Part shown: positions 24,383 through 35,948 of the stretch, piece after piece | Position numbering within the stretch: position 1 is the stretch's first letter | How the letters are laid out: each line of letters opens with the position of its first letter | NCBI GenBank assembly: GCA_937625935.1 | Contig: OW569349.1 | Span: 372,001 to 436,000, forward strand | Length of the DNA stretch: 64,000 nucleotides | Source of the DNA: Tetramitus jugosus | Lineage: Eukaryota; Protista; Heterolobosea | Direction of reading: 5' to 3' | Notes under the pieces: generated by a model | Told to the model about the DNA's origin: nothing | Databases searched by the model: none | The model's input: the letters and a program-made list of their open reading frames with translations, nothing else | Program-made: the position numbers and the translations under genes

Positions 24383-27352
24383 ATGGATCCAAACAATACA
24401 TCATCATCGTCTGCAATACCAACGAATACAACGAACAATCACAACAATGCATCATACACAAGTGGTGGTGGTAGCAATAATAATAATAATAATAATAATA
24501 CTGGTATGAGTCAGTTTGATCCTCTCATGGCAAATGATCCCTTCATGTCAACAATGATGAACGTTGTTCCACCACCTCCACCAACGAACAATAACTTGAT
24601 GAACCCAAACAACATGTTGTCCACTCATCATCATCAACAACAACAGCATCAACATCACGCACAGCATCATCAACAACAACAATCAATGAGGAATCCGTTG
24701 ATTCATCACGCACAACCGCAACAACCACAACAACAACAACAACAATATGGTTATCATCAAGCATTTGGTACTCAGCAGCAGCATCAACCACAACAACAAA
24801 TGCATCATCACAATAATCAACAATTCATGGCACAACAACAACCATCACATCACACTCCATCACCTGCACTACAGTCATTTATGCAAGCAAACAACAACAA
24901 TCCACAGCAGCAACAACAACAACAGCCAATGGTTCACGGTCATCTCTCACATAATTTATACACGCAACAACAACAACAATCACAACCACAACAACAGCAA
25001 CAAATCAATAATATGATTGTTCCTAGTAACGCAATGAACATTGGTATGGTATATCCTCAATCATCAGCCATCGCACCAACAACAGCGACAGCAACAACAA
25101 CAACAACAGGACCATCACCCTCTACCAATACTGCAACGACAAATCATGCAACAACAACAGGTACCGCAACTCAAATGGTTCATCCAAGTCATGTCATGAT
25201 TCCACAGCAACAACAACAAGCACAACAACAACAGCACATGGGTAGTATGAATCAATTGTACTCTGGTACGACTACTACTGGTGGTAGTGGTGGTGGTGGT
25301 GGTGTTATGACTGCATCCAATGCAATGATACTCTCCATGCCACACCAACACACTAACACTGCCAGTAGTAATAACACTATCAACAACAACAATACGAGTA
25401 ATGTCATGTCACATTTGAATGCAACTGGTATGCAGCAGCAGTCATCATTTGTCATGCCAGTGGTGACGAATACTGCTGCTACCACTGCTACTACAACAAC
25501 TAACATGATGGCACCTTCACACTTTTCACAACAACAACAACAAATGATGATGATGAACACATTTGTCAACAATCAGAGAGCCAGTGGTGGTGTCCAACCA
25601 ACAACCACAACAGCAACAACTTCCAAAATGGTGATTACTGCTGCCAATACTGCTTCTCCGGGTGCCATGATCAACAACACCACCAACAGCAGCAACAGCA
25701 ATAATAGCAGTAGTGGAAGAAACAGTGCAATGGGCAACAACAACAACAACAACCATACCAGATCAACTCCTACGCCAACATCTGCAGGCACTCCAACAAT
25801 GGCATCTACTCCTACATTGAATGCCTCACAAGCAGCCATACCCACGACTTCCTCATCATCGACAGCAACCACAGCAGCCAATACTATTGGCAACAGTACT
25901 GTTGTTGACAGAGGAGCATCAAACAATGGTGATGCTCACATGTTTGTGAATCCTCATCCTCATCATTCTCATCACTATGGTCATACTGCGCAACAACAAC
26001 AACAAGTACCATCCCAGCATAATCAATCCATGATGGTGATGATGATGGGTGGAAATATGCCACCTCACAATAACAACAATAACATGAACGTGGCGAACAA
26101 CACGAGTCATATGGCGAGTGTTGCACAACAACAACAACAACCAAAATCCAACATTTTTGGTCCAGAGTGGTCAAACGAAGACGTGGAGCGAATGAAGGAC
26201 GTACTACCCAACTTGTCCCTCGATTTCAACAATATTGATGATCGCTCTGTTCAGAGCATTGTGAACATGATGGGCAATACCAAGTCCGAGACGGAGATTC
26301 GAGGATTCTTGCATGCAGCACAAAAGGCTCTGGCACTACAGGGTAATGCAGTAGTAGTCGCGCCACAACACATGTCCACACAACAACAGAGGATAGTACA
26401 GCAACAACAACAACAACAACAGTCACAACACATGAGTTCATCTGCAAACTCGACGTCTGTTACTACTACTACACCACCACATTCCTCCTCCTCCTCCTCA
26501 TCGTCAACCACCTTTATGACTCACATGAGCAACAGTGCGAGCAGTGGTGGTGCAAATAGCGGTGCTATGGGTGCAATGATGGTGGCCAATGGATCCATTG
26601 ATAGCTCAGCAATGAGTGGAAACAATACGCCAACAGCAGGCACTGGATCTCCTGCCTCCACGACTCCAACAAACACGGGAATGGTGATGCGGGGGTCACC
26701 ATCCTCCTCCGCAACGGCAGGTAAGAGAAAGAGTATGGGTGCTGATATGAATCCGAAGATGAGCAAGCAGATGAAGGACCTCTCGTTCGAAATCAATAAT
26801 ATTACCAACAACAGTGGTGCTGGCGGTAGTCATACCAGTGGCACAATAGGTGTACATACAAGTGGTACAACAACTCCGACAGGTGTGGTGCAGTCCACAA
26901 CGGCAACAAATACTTCTGAGCAACTTGTGACACCGGCATCTTCACAAATGAGACCTCCGTCGACTGCTGGACCACAGGATGCATCCGAGATTATGGTCAA
27001 CCGGTTATTGTTGGAGAATTTACAAATCATAGAGAACATCAGAAAGAATATTACGAATCACAAAGTCTCCAGCAACATTAACCTGATTGCGAAGTTTAGA
27101 GAAAACATTATCCAGATTCTAACATGTATGGCGAAGATGCAGGGTGTGATGAGACAAATGCCTCCTATTCCTGTCAAGCTCAACACAATCTGTATACCGA
27201 TACAGTCGCCACAGCAGCTACCACAAGCACAATCAGCATACAATATGTTGGTTCAGCAGCAACACCTTCTTCAAACCGGTTCTCAAACGCCAACAATGCA
27301 ACAGCCACCTATGAGCCAACAGAACTTTTATTATTCGACAAGACAACAATAG
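24383..27352 (+). CDS. Q/N/M-rich transcriptional regulator with SANT/MYB-like domain and C-terminal DUF3755-like domain (DRIF-like)
   Basis: EWSNEDVERMKDVL...KSETEIRGF is SANT-like. RLLLENLQIIENIRKNI...NINLIAKFRENIIQILTCM...VMRQMPPIPVKLN closely follows the DUF3755 pattern. Confidence 0.7.
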   Translation: MDPNNTSSSSAIPTNTTNNHNNASYTSGGGSNNNNNNNNTGMSQFDPLMANDPFMSTMMNVVPPPPPTNNNLMNPNNMLSTHHHQQQQHQHHAQHHQQQQSMRNPLIHHAQPQQPQQQQQQYGYHQAFGTQQQHQPQQQMHHHNNQQFMAQQQPSHHTPSPALQSFMQANNNNPQQQQQQQPMVHGHLSHNLYTQQQQQSQPQQQQQINNMIVPSNAMNIGMVYPQSSAIAPTTATATTTTTGPSPSTNTATTNHATTTGTATQMVHPSHVMIPQQQQQAQQQQHMGSMNQLYSGTTTTGGSGGGGGVMTASNAMILSMPHQHTNTASSNNTINNNNTSNVMSHLNATGMQQQSSFVMPVVTNTAATTATTTTNMMAPSHFSQQQQQMMMMNTFVNNQRASGGVQPTTTTATTSKMVITAANTASPGAMINNTTNSSNSNNSSSGRNSAMGNNNNNNHTRSTPTPTSAGTPTMASTPTLNASQAAIPTTSSSSTATTAANTIGNSTVVDRGASNNGDAHMFVNPHPHHSHHYGHTAQQQQQVPSQHNQSMMVMMMGGNMPPHNNNNNMNVANNTSHMASVAQQQQQPKSNIFGPEWSNEDVERMKDVLPNLSLDFNNIDDRSVQSIVNMMGNTKSETEIRGFLHAAQKALALQGNAVVVAPQHMSTQQQRIVQQQQQQQQSQHMSSSANSTSVTTTTPPHSSSSSSSSTTFMTHMSNSASSGGANSGAMGAMMVANGSIDSSAMSGNNTPTAGTGSPASTTPTNTGMVMRGSPSSSATAGKRKSMGADMNPKMSKQMKDLSFEINNITNNSGAGGSHTSGTIGVHTSGTTTPTGVVQSTTATNTSEQLVTPASSQMRPPSTAGPQDASEIMVNRLLLENLQIIENIRKNITNHKVSSNINLIAKFRENIIQILTCMAKMQGVMRQMPPIPVKLNTICIPIQSPQQLPQAQSAYNMLVQQQHLLQTGSQTPTMQQPPMSQQNFYYSTRQQ

Positions 27353-27623
27353 GTGTATATTATGTAAAACTTTCTAAACTTATTCTGCAGTTTAGTGTTT
27401 TGTTATGGATTGGGTTCCAATGAGCTCCCTCGACAACATGATCTGAAGTCTCTTTGATTTGCATCCACTATTTCGATGGGATTGATATTAATTACAATTG
27501 TGTAATCCGTATGATAACTTTGCTCTGATGTCCCAGCTCAATGAGAAACAGATGGATAACATTCGAATGAAGTGAGAGGGTTGATGAATTTATTCATTGG
27601 TTACAACTAATCCATAAGTTGAT

Positions 27624-29164
27624 TCAATAATTGTATTCATCTTCTTCATCGCTCTGAGGACCATATCCGTAAAGATCCCTATCATTCAGAGCTGAGTTGT
27701 ACTGTTCACTGTTTTTCATAGCATCGACAGATTTCCAAATTCTACAACAATTATCCTTAGAACCAGTAATGATGGTATCGCCGTCATAATTAAATGCACA
27801 AGAAAATATTTCATCTTCGTGTCCCTGAAATCGTTGCACACATTCTCCTGATTCAACGTCCCAGAGTCGGCAAGAACGATCGCTGCTTGCTGTAATGATG
27901 AAACGTCCGTTGGGATTGAAGGCAACTTTAGAGATTTCACTCAGATGACCATAACAAGTTGCTAGACATTCACCTGTTTGAGTGCTATAAATTTTTGCAC
28001 TGGCATCAGCACTTCCCGTAACAATTCGGGTTCCGCTTGCATTGAAAGCGACATCTAACACTTCATCATTGTGTCCAGTTAGCGTGTGGATGCAAGTACC
28101 ATGCTGGACACTCCATATTTTACATGTACCGTCGATAGATCCTGATATCACAAGATCTCCAGTAAAATTAAATTGTGTCGAAGAGACTTCTCCTTCATGC
28201 CCAAGGAATGAATGAACAGCTCTGTACAAGAGTAAATGGTAAGATTCGAATCAATCGGATGAAAGTCAATAAAGAAACAACATACTTTCCACTTCTGACG
28301 TCCCACAATCGAGTGGTTTTGTCGAAACTTCCTGTCACAATCAAGTTTCCAGTGTTGTTAAAGTTGAGTGAAACGATTTCTTGAGTGTGACCAATAAGAG
28401 TGAGTATTTCGGAGCCAGTTTCTACGTCCCAAATCTTTGCAGTATTATCCATACAACCAGTTGCAATCATTTCGCTTTGATGGTTGAACCCAACACAAAC
28501 AATTTCCTTTTCATGACCTTTCAGTGTGTAATCACATTGTCCCGTTTCAACATCCCACAACTTGCAAGTCTTGTCAAAGGATCCAGTAATAACCTTGTCT
28601 CCATATGGATTGTTGAAAGCAATCGCATAAACCACGTTATTGTGCCCAGTGAGTGTGTTGAGACATTTTCCTGTGTTTGTATCCCATATCTTACATGTTC
28701 TATCATAAGATCCAGTGATGAACTTATCTCCTGATTTGTTGAAGGCACAATTCGTCAAGGGTAAATCATGTCCTTTCAAGCATTTGAACTCTACGAATCT
28801 GCTATGTTCTTTAGACACAGTTCGTTCCTTCAATTCTATCGATATCTTGTTAGTCGCTTCGCAATGAACGGATGAAAACACATGATTGTTACTTACTCTG
28901 AACTAGTTGAGTCACTTGAGGTCTCTTCTTTTCTGAAATCAATGGTTCATGACGAATAACCTGTTCTGTTACGACGTCAACATCAGTACTATGATTGAAT
29001 GAGTTTAGGTGTTAGTTGCCAGGAGAGAACAGGTTTCACTTTACTTACTGTTCTGAGATATCAAGGAGGTCAATGGTTTTAGAACCTTCAAAACCGTTAG
29101 ATCTCTCATACTCGAGTATGATACCAGGAGGGTAGTATCGCAATAAAAATCTCTTTAATTTCAT
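27624..29164 (-). CDS. DAW1: Dynein assembly factor with WD40 repeats (WDR69/ODA16)
   Basis: N-terminus [19 protein letters not shown]; [27 protein letters not shown]; [11 protein letters not shown]. Introns 29048-28989, 28896-28836, 28285-28222. Confidence 0.95.
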
Positions 29165-29367
29165 GGATTTTTTCTTGTTTCTTGCAAAATGCAACTCTTT
29201 TCTTTCCATGATTCCGTAAAGCACGAAACGAAAAAATTCCCGCCAATTTTCCTTGTGTTAAATACAACTCGAAGAAGAATAGTGAATTGGTTATAATTTG
29301 CCTCCATCTACCATCTCAACTAGTTGAAAAGTCGGACTTGTCCCACATTTTTATGTTTTTGTGTTCA

Positions 29368-29513
29368 ATCAATCGTTCATTTCAAGAGATAGCGAGCAAG
29401 CCACTAACGGGTGGTGACATCGTTCTTCAAACGAGTTGGTAGATAGCAAGATTGAGGGGGATGCTGCTGCCCAATAGAATCTGTAGCATTCCTTACTCCA
29501 TCACCTGACACTT
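29368..29513 (+). ncRNA. Candidate box H/ACA RNA (hairpin-H-hairpin-ACA)
   Basis: Hairpin 1 at 29368-29440 (ATCAATCGTT/AACGAGTTGGT, AGCGA/TCGTT, GCCAC/GTGGT). H box ATAGCA at 29443-29448. Hairpin 2 has a 12-bp stem GGGGGATGCTGC/GTAGCATTCCTT. ACA at 29508-29510 lies about 13-14 nt below the upper stem. No target identified. Confidence 0.45.
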
Positions 29514-29645
29514 CAGAAACGCGGGTAGGATGGCATTTAGACTACGCAAATTTTTTCACACAAAGCACTTGTCCCACAAGTATTTTCTATCAAATATTTT
29601 GTCGGACTCTTCAACTTGGTCGAATACCTTCAATACTTCGTATAT

Positions 29646-29724
29646 TGCTCATGATGACAACAAAGTACGTCCGTGTTTCTGAACGTTGATGAAAAACCAA
29701 AATCAAGACAAAACTACTGAAGTA
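29646..29724 (+). ncRNA. U18: U18-type box C/D snoRNA guiding LSU rRNA 2'-O-methylation (yeast Am649 equivalent)
   Basis: Box C ATGATGA 29651-57; guide GTCCGTGTTT 29669-78 complementary to LSU AAACACGGAC; D' CTGA 29679-82; C' TTGATGA 29686-92; D CTGA 29717-20; terminal stem TGCT/AGTA; T6 run follows. Confidence 0.88.
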
Positions 29725-29777
29725 TTTTTTCGCCATTTTGGTTGGCATCATCTACGGCGATAACAAGAAACAAAAAC

Positions 29778-31111
29778 ATGTCTCTCCATGCGATGCCATT
29801 CCTCATCTATAATTTAGGTGGGGAAATGATTTACATCCTCGAACAAAGATTAGATGCACAGAAGATAGAGATAGAAAAAGCGAAGAAAGGTAAGATATGC
29901 TCGATGAAGCACTCGGTGATAGGACCTTGTTGGTTAACCTCTTTTTAGTTCTAATTGATGTAACTGAACACATGTTTAGCAAACAATTTCAAGATGAGGT
30001 AATGAAGCCACAGAAATTGTATTCTTATGTCTCTATAAGGGAGATATTTGATCGATTGGCTCATTCATCCATCATGAGACTCTCAACATCTAGTATGGAT
30101 AAGGTATGTTTGAATTTGGTTGATTATAATATCTTAGAACAAGTTCTGATGGTCTCCTAGTTGTTTGACCTCATGACAATGGGTCTGAAACATAACATTA
30201 TTCAATGTAATCAACCCCAAGAAATACTTCAATCCACATTGAATCATTTAGATTCTATTTGTAAGTTGGTTTGTTCATCTGAAAAGGCACTGAAGTATGT
30301 CCAGTTAGCACAAACAAATGTAGTTCAGGTATGTACCAATTGACTCGAATCTATTGAACACCGCTATGGGACTCAGCCTAACCGAACATCCTAGCTCTCA
30401 ATGAGATTTTCTTTGTATGAATGGCACCAAGTTAGAATGAAGCTGCTAGATTACTTACATGGAAAGAATATTAAGGTGTCTCTGTTTTTGAACGCGAATT
30501 TGCAAAACAGACCTGATGGGTCTTTCGTCATTGAAGTTAATGATTATGTAATGGGTTGTGACGTACCAGGAACAGTTCGCACTTACAAAACGGATGGATC
30601 TCTGGCTAGTAGCATGACTCTCGAAACTCATCCATTTTCAAGTTATGAAAGTACAAGCATTAATCATTTTGACACTCGCTCCCGAACCTCAAACTATGGA
30701 TACAATTTGTACATGGATCAGAAGAAAATTGAGGATTACAAGCAATTTTTAACGGATGCGAAGTCTTCAGCTCCTACAACGACGAATGTATCTTCAGTGA
30801 TGGACAGCAAACAACAAGAGTTAGTGGAGAAAAGAAGGGAAGCAGAGACAAAGGACTTGAACTACTTAGCAAAATTAATTGGAGTTTCAGCTGATTCAAC
30901 ATCCAAGTCTACTTTTAAAATTGAGAATCTGTTCCCTGAATCAAGGATTGCACAGAGCGAAGACGGTGGTAAACCAGAAACATACGTCTTGCGTTTTGAT
31001 GCTCCATCAGCCCAGAACTCTACTCTCCAATCGGTTCTCAATGATTTCTCGATTGAAGAAGCTTCCTCTTCCGTCAATGATGACTTACTGAGTCTCATGG
31101 ACAACGCTTGA
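29778..31111 (+). CDS. OSCP1: OSCP1 (cilia-associated conserved protein)
   Basis: MPFLIYNLGGEMIYILEQRL and FDRLAHSSIMRLSTSSMDKLFDLMTMGLK are family-diagnostic. Introns 29890-29948, 30104-30160, 30329-30394. Confidence 0.93.
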
Positions 31112-31239
31112 AGAAGGGTCCTTCAAAATACTTCCGACAAGATTCGGAAAATTAAAAATTCTGTATTTCGTTCAACCAAACGCTGGCACGAAAAAAACCA
31201 AGGAGTCAAAAAGCCAAACTTTTCAAACGCAACAACGTC

Positions 31240-33976
31240 ATGGCACGAACGAAGAGAGGAACACCTTCAGATTCAGGAACTCCCCAAGCACAAGCTTCTT
31301 CTGGATCATCTTCCACACCAACATCAACAACAAACATGACAATGTTCAATCACCTTGCCAACAACAACAACAACAATACTGACATGCTCGCTGCTACACG
31401 ATCCCCACAACAACAAATCATAAACCTTGAAGAAGAAGAAGATGACAATGAAACCAATCAACAACAGCAAGCGACTAGAAGCAAGCCCTCATTGACATCA
31501 ACTGACGGTGTTACTTTTAGCTGTGAGAGAATTCATCTTGGTGGAACTGATAAAGATGTGCCTCAAGCGAGACAGTGTCACTCTGCCAGTATGTTGTTCT
31601 TTTCTTTTGTTCATGATGATTTATGATGAATTATTGTTGTTACTCTTTTTATGTGATGATGATGACGTTCATAACAATATAACTCTGTAACTCACAACAC
31701 AATATTCTCCTTGCTTGTTTTCACCAAATTGATTTGAAACCATCACTTTTTTCCTCATCTCCTGCTCCTACCGCATAAAACGAAAAACAGCATTCATTGA
31801 AGACAGGGAGGAAATGATTGTTTTTGGTGGCAGAATACGCAAGACACTGTACAGTGATGAACTATGCGTTTTTAATTTGCAAAAAAAACAGTGGTACATT
31901 CACAGAAATCCGAGGAATGCAAAGATTCAGTGGCCATTCGGAAGAAAGTTGGCCTCTCTTCACTACGATAAGACAGCAAATGCATTGTACATGTTTGGTG
32001 GTTTGTTGCCATCGGACATGGCCCCGAAATTGCAATCCACTGGTGTCCAGGACTTTATGGTGAGCAGTGATGGTGATATTAGACAGACAGATTTGTGGAA
32101 ATTTGATTTTGAGACTGCTCAGTGGACTTGCTTGAGCCCAAGACTGCCATTTGTGACACCTGATGAACAACATGTGCTCCTACAACAATCATCCGATTGT
32201 TTTATTGTGCTGGGAGGTCAAACAATGAGCCACTGCCTATACATGTTCAAGGTTCATTCCGGAAAATGGGATGTTGTAGAGTTTGGAAGCCGATATGCCG
32301 GTAAGCCTGCACCTGATCGGTTGAGACTGTTTTCCACTGTTTGTAGACAGAATGAGATGATACTCTTTGGAGGAAAGCACTGTGATGTGCAGATGATGAC
32401 AAATGATATTTGGACGTTCAATATACAGAATTATGAATGGAGGAAGGTCATTATTGATTCAAAGAGTGCAACATTATGCAAACGTGATAGAACAATGACA
32501 GCGTTACTTCAGGATGATTTTTTGGTTGTTTATGGAGGCAGAAAGGATGACGGACACTTGATTGGAGATTCATTCATATTTAGTTTTATTGACAAACGTT
32601 GGTACAAGCTTCAAATTGAGAATACACATCCTGGAAAAGTTTTCAATGCGGTATCTGTTCCAATCAAAGATGGAAGTGGCATGTTGATGTTTGGAGGTCA
32701 CGATGGAACCAAATCATTGAATTGTGTGTATCAATTTAAGGCTCCTGCTCTGAAAACTGGACTCACAATGGCCTCACTTCTGATCCAATCAGACAATGTG
32801 CTCTGTGCAGACGTTGTATTCGAGATAGAGTCAAAGGAAATTGCTTGCCACTCGTGCTTTGTCTCACAAATTCCTTATTTGCGAGACTTAATTCAACAAG
32901 AACGATCAAAGAATGAGTTTTGTGATGAAGATGGTGAAACGCAATTAAGTGGATTAGATGTGACAAATCAGACTAGAATCAAATTAGAAGGTGATGTGTT
33001 CAAGAGCAAATCTTTTGAACAGTTGTTAATGTTTTTATATGGTAGTGCGCCAACCACCACCTCTGCTGATGAGGTAGTAGACTTAGGATTGCTTGCATCA
33101 TTTTTGAGCATTGAGGATCTCTTTGAATGGTGTGTAGGTGACGTTACAACCTACATTGATGCATCAAATGTGTTCTCCATTATCAAACGGTGCCAAAGCA
33201 TGCAGCGTTCAGACTTTGAAGACGTTTGTGTTTCCTTTATTGCTGCTCACCCCATGTTGAAAATGCATGAGGATATTGCAGTATTACCAAAAGAAACGAT
33301 TCTAAAGGTCCTAAGAACTCCCAACGAGACTGAAGTAGACACTGGAAGCACTCGGGTGGATCCCAGTATTCGCTTCCAACAGTTTTTGAGAAGATTGCGA
33401 GATGAACCTATTTCTACGAGCGATTTAACTATTACCACAAAAGGAAAGCAATTCCTAGTACACAAAGTTGTATTAGTGTTCCAATCGTCCTACTTTGCAA
33501 CAATGTTTGGTGGTAATTTTGCGGAAAAGAGCGAAACTACTATCAATTTGTCTGAAATCTCAAGTGATACGATGGCAAGGATTTTGGACTTTGTGTACAA
33601 TAACGATGTGGACTTTACATCACTTTCAGAAAGTGAACTCATGGATTTGGCCAAGGGCTCCAACATGCTCCTCCTAACCAAGTTGGAAGTCGAGAGCATG
33701 AATGAGCTGTGTATGAGAGCATCCACGGGCAATGCGTTCGACATGTTGCACTTCTCTCGAAGCATCCCGAATAGCAACGGATCTGCTCTCAAGCAGAGAT
33801 GCTTGGAATTGGTGGACAAAGAGGATTTGGTACAGCACCTTTTCCAGTTTGCTGATGTTCATGATGAAATGCTCCGAGAGATTAATGAATTGAAGAGAAA
33901 AAGAGCAGAGGATTCTTCAGACGATGAAGGTGACATTGACCTCCATCGATCTTCCAAGAGGCGTAAGGTTGAATAA
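31240..33976 (+). CDS. Kelch-repeat plus two BTB domain protein (LZTR1-like architecture)
   Basis: Repeated FGG/YGG kelch blades, BTB motifs ADVVF..IACHS and SDLTI..FLVHKVVL..SSYFATMF. Intron 31589-31790 restores RQCHSATFI. Basic C-terminal NLS-like tail. Confidence 0.85.
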
Positions 33977-34208
33977 AAGTCATTTTTGTGTCCAGAATTA
34001 CAACTGACGAATTCGTTCCTCAGACAACAACTCGCTCGGACCACCTGTCCTGACACCCTATTCTCTTCGACCCATCAGGTCGTGCTCCGATCAGCAGAAA
34101 CACACCAACATTCTGCAGAAAAGCTCCGCACACACAATTATCCCACTCTCCTTCAGAAAAAAGATCTGGAGCCAAAAACAACAAACTTGGTCAAAGAAAC
34201 AAACACAA

Positions 34209-35948
34209 ATGTACCATAATAACAGTTTCCCAACATCACCCAGTCGGAATTCCACGGATAACGACGACCATTTGAATCATGTCACTTTCCAACACGGGGA
34301 GAAAAATAATCTGGAGAGTGAGGTGGATGCTGTTGTCGAACCATCTGACGCCGAAAGAAGAAACCATGCCGCAGCTGTCCAGGACAACAACACTTTTCAG
34401 ATTCATGAAGAAAACTCAACAACAACAGCTACTACTACTACTACTCAGGATTCAACAGAAACAATGATGAGTGCTGCCACATCAACAACAACAATAGCAA
34501 CAGCCGCAGCGACATCGACATCCATACGGAACTTTGAAATCATAAAGTCAAAACTGTTGGGCAAAGGTTCATTCGGTAGTGTTTATCTGGGCCGGAATCG
34601 CATCACGGATGATCTCGTTGCGGTCAAAGTGATCAACAAGAAGGAAATGGTGGACAAAATTGGTCTAAAACTGACCAACAAGTACCTGAAGAGTGAAGTC
34701 GATAGCATGACACGTGTAAACCACAAGAATGTGTTGCGTTTGCTGGGGAAAACTTCATCTGGCAGTGAGTGTAAACTAGTGCTTGAAAAGTGTGACATTG
34801 GCTTCGATGGCTATCTGACACACAAGACGAAACTGTATGAGAAAAAGTATGGATCAATCTATGCGAAGAAGACTACTCAAAGGAAACCCATTTTGTCTGA
34901 GCCAGAGATACGGTACTGGTTGCATCAGCTGTTCAGTGGTCTGCACTGTCTTCATACGCATCAACTGATACATAGAGATATCAAACCTGGGAATTTGTTG
35001 CTGATGATTATCGAAACAAAGGAGCACACAGACAGCTGGGAGCGCTTTGTTTTAAAGATTGCAGATTTTGGATTGTCAAAGTATCTGGCTGAGGACACAC
35101 TGACGAATACAGTTGTTGGTTCGAAGCCATTTATGAGTCCAGAGGTATCCACTCACAAGCCGTACACGAAATCTGCCGACATGTGGTCCGTAGGTTGTGT
35201 TTTGCACATGTGTATATCAGGTAAGTTATCATGGGATCATTCCATGAGTTTGAGGAAATATTTGGACAGACAGTTTGAGTTGTCAGAGGAACTCAAGGAT
35301 TTGACATGTCAATTACTGCAAAAAGATCCCAACGAGAGAATTGATTGTGCTGCTGCTTTGAGCCACTCCTTTTTCAATGGGAAGTTTGAGAATACAAGAA
35401 TAGTTGAATCAGATACAATTGGAGAGACACCTACTATTCCAGATTCTGAGAACCATGAGCGAGTCGGATTTGTACATTATGAACCACCACATTTGGAGAT
35501 TATCAATACTCCTGAACCACCTACCACTGATACTATTAACAAGGATGCAGCTGAGGATGACGAAATAATGAATTATGACTACGAAGAAGTGTACAATGGA
35601 ATGATAATGCTAAACAAACGAACAATTCACATGTACAGAAATCAAGAGACTGTGACTGTAACGTTTCCATCTCTTGCACCAAATCGCACTTATCTCATCA
35701 GTATTCACAATGATGTCTCATCCTTTGACGATGACATGGTGTGTGCCATCCAACTAAATGGATCTGATGGTGCACGATCATTGTGGAAGGGCGAGATTAG
35801 CAGAGGAACACATGTGCAACAGAGCTTCATCGAACTCACCGATGTTGAAATCCAAGTGACCTGCTATCATTCTTACCCCTCTTACCTCCCGTATTCTTTG
35901 TTTGGACTGGGTATTACAGGGCATATCCAACTTCATTCAAGTAAATAG
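34209..35948 (+). CDS. Ser/Thr protein kinase (possibly ULK/Atg1-related) with unknown C-terminal domain
   Basis: GKGSFGSV, VAVK, HRDIKPGN, DFG, MSPE, DMWSVG. Confidence 0.9.
   Translation: MYHNNSFPTSPSRNSTDNDDHLNHVTFQHGEKNNLESEVDAVVEPSDAERRNHAAAVQDNNTFQIHEENSTTTATTTTTQDSTETMMSAATSTTTIATAAATSTSIRNFEIIKSKLLGKGSFGSVYLGRNRITDDLVAVKVINKKEMVDKIGLKLTNKYLKSEVDSMTRVNHKNVLRLLGKTSSGSECKLVLEKCDIGFDGYLTHKTKLYEKKYGSIYAKKTTQRKPILSEPEIRYWLHQLFSGLHCLHTHQLIHRDIKPGNLLLMIIETKEHTDSWERFVLKIADFGLSKYLAEDTLTNTVVGSKPFMSPEVSTHKPYTKSADMWSVGCVLHMCISGKLSWDHSMSLRKYLDRQFELSEELKDLTCQLLQKDPNERIDCAAALSHSFFNGKFENTRIVESDTIGETPTIPDSENHERVGFVHYEPPHLEIINTPEPPTTDTINKDAAEDDEIMNYDYEEVYNGMIMLNKRTIHMYRNQETVTVTFPSLAPNRTYLISIHNDVSSFDDDMVCAIQLNGSDGARSLWKGEISRGTHVQQSFIELTDVEIQVTCYHSYPSYLPYSLFGLGITGHIQLHSSK

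Noticed and set aside
27420-27600. TGAT/CTGA words suggesting a C/D snoRNA
   Set aside because: No proper box C-D pairing, terminal stem or guide.
29400-29440. tRNA-Sec-like CTTCAAA loop
   Set aside because: No T-arm or acceptor stem, and the loop register is wrong; better explained as part of a larger hairpin.
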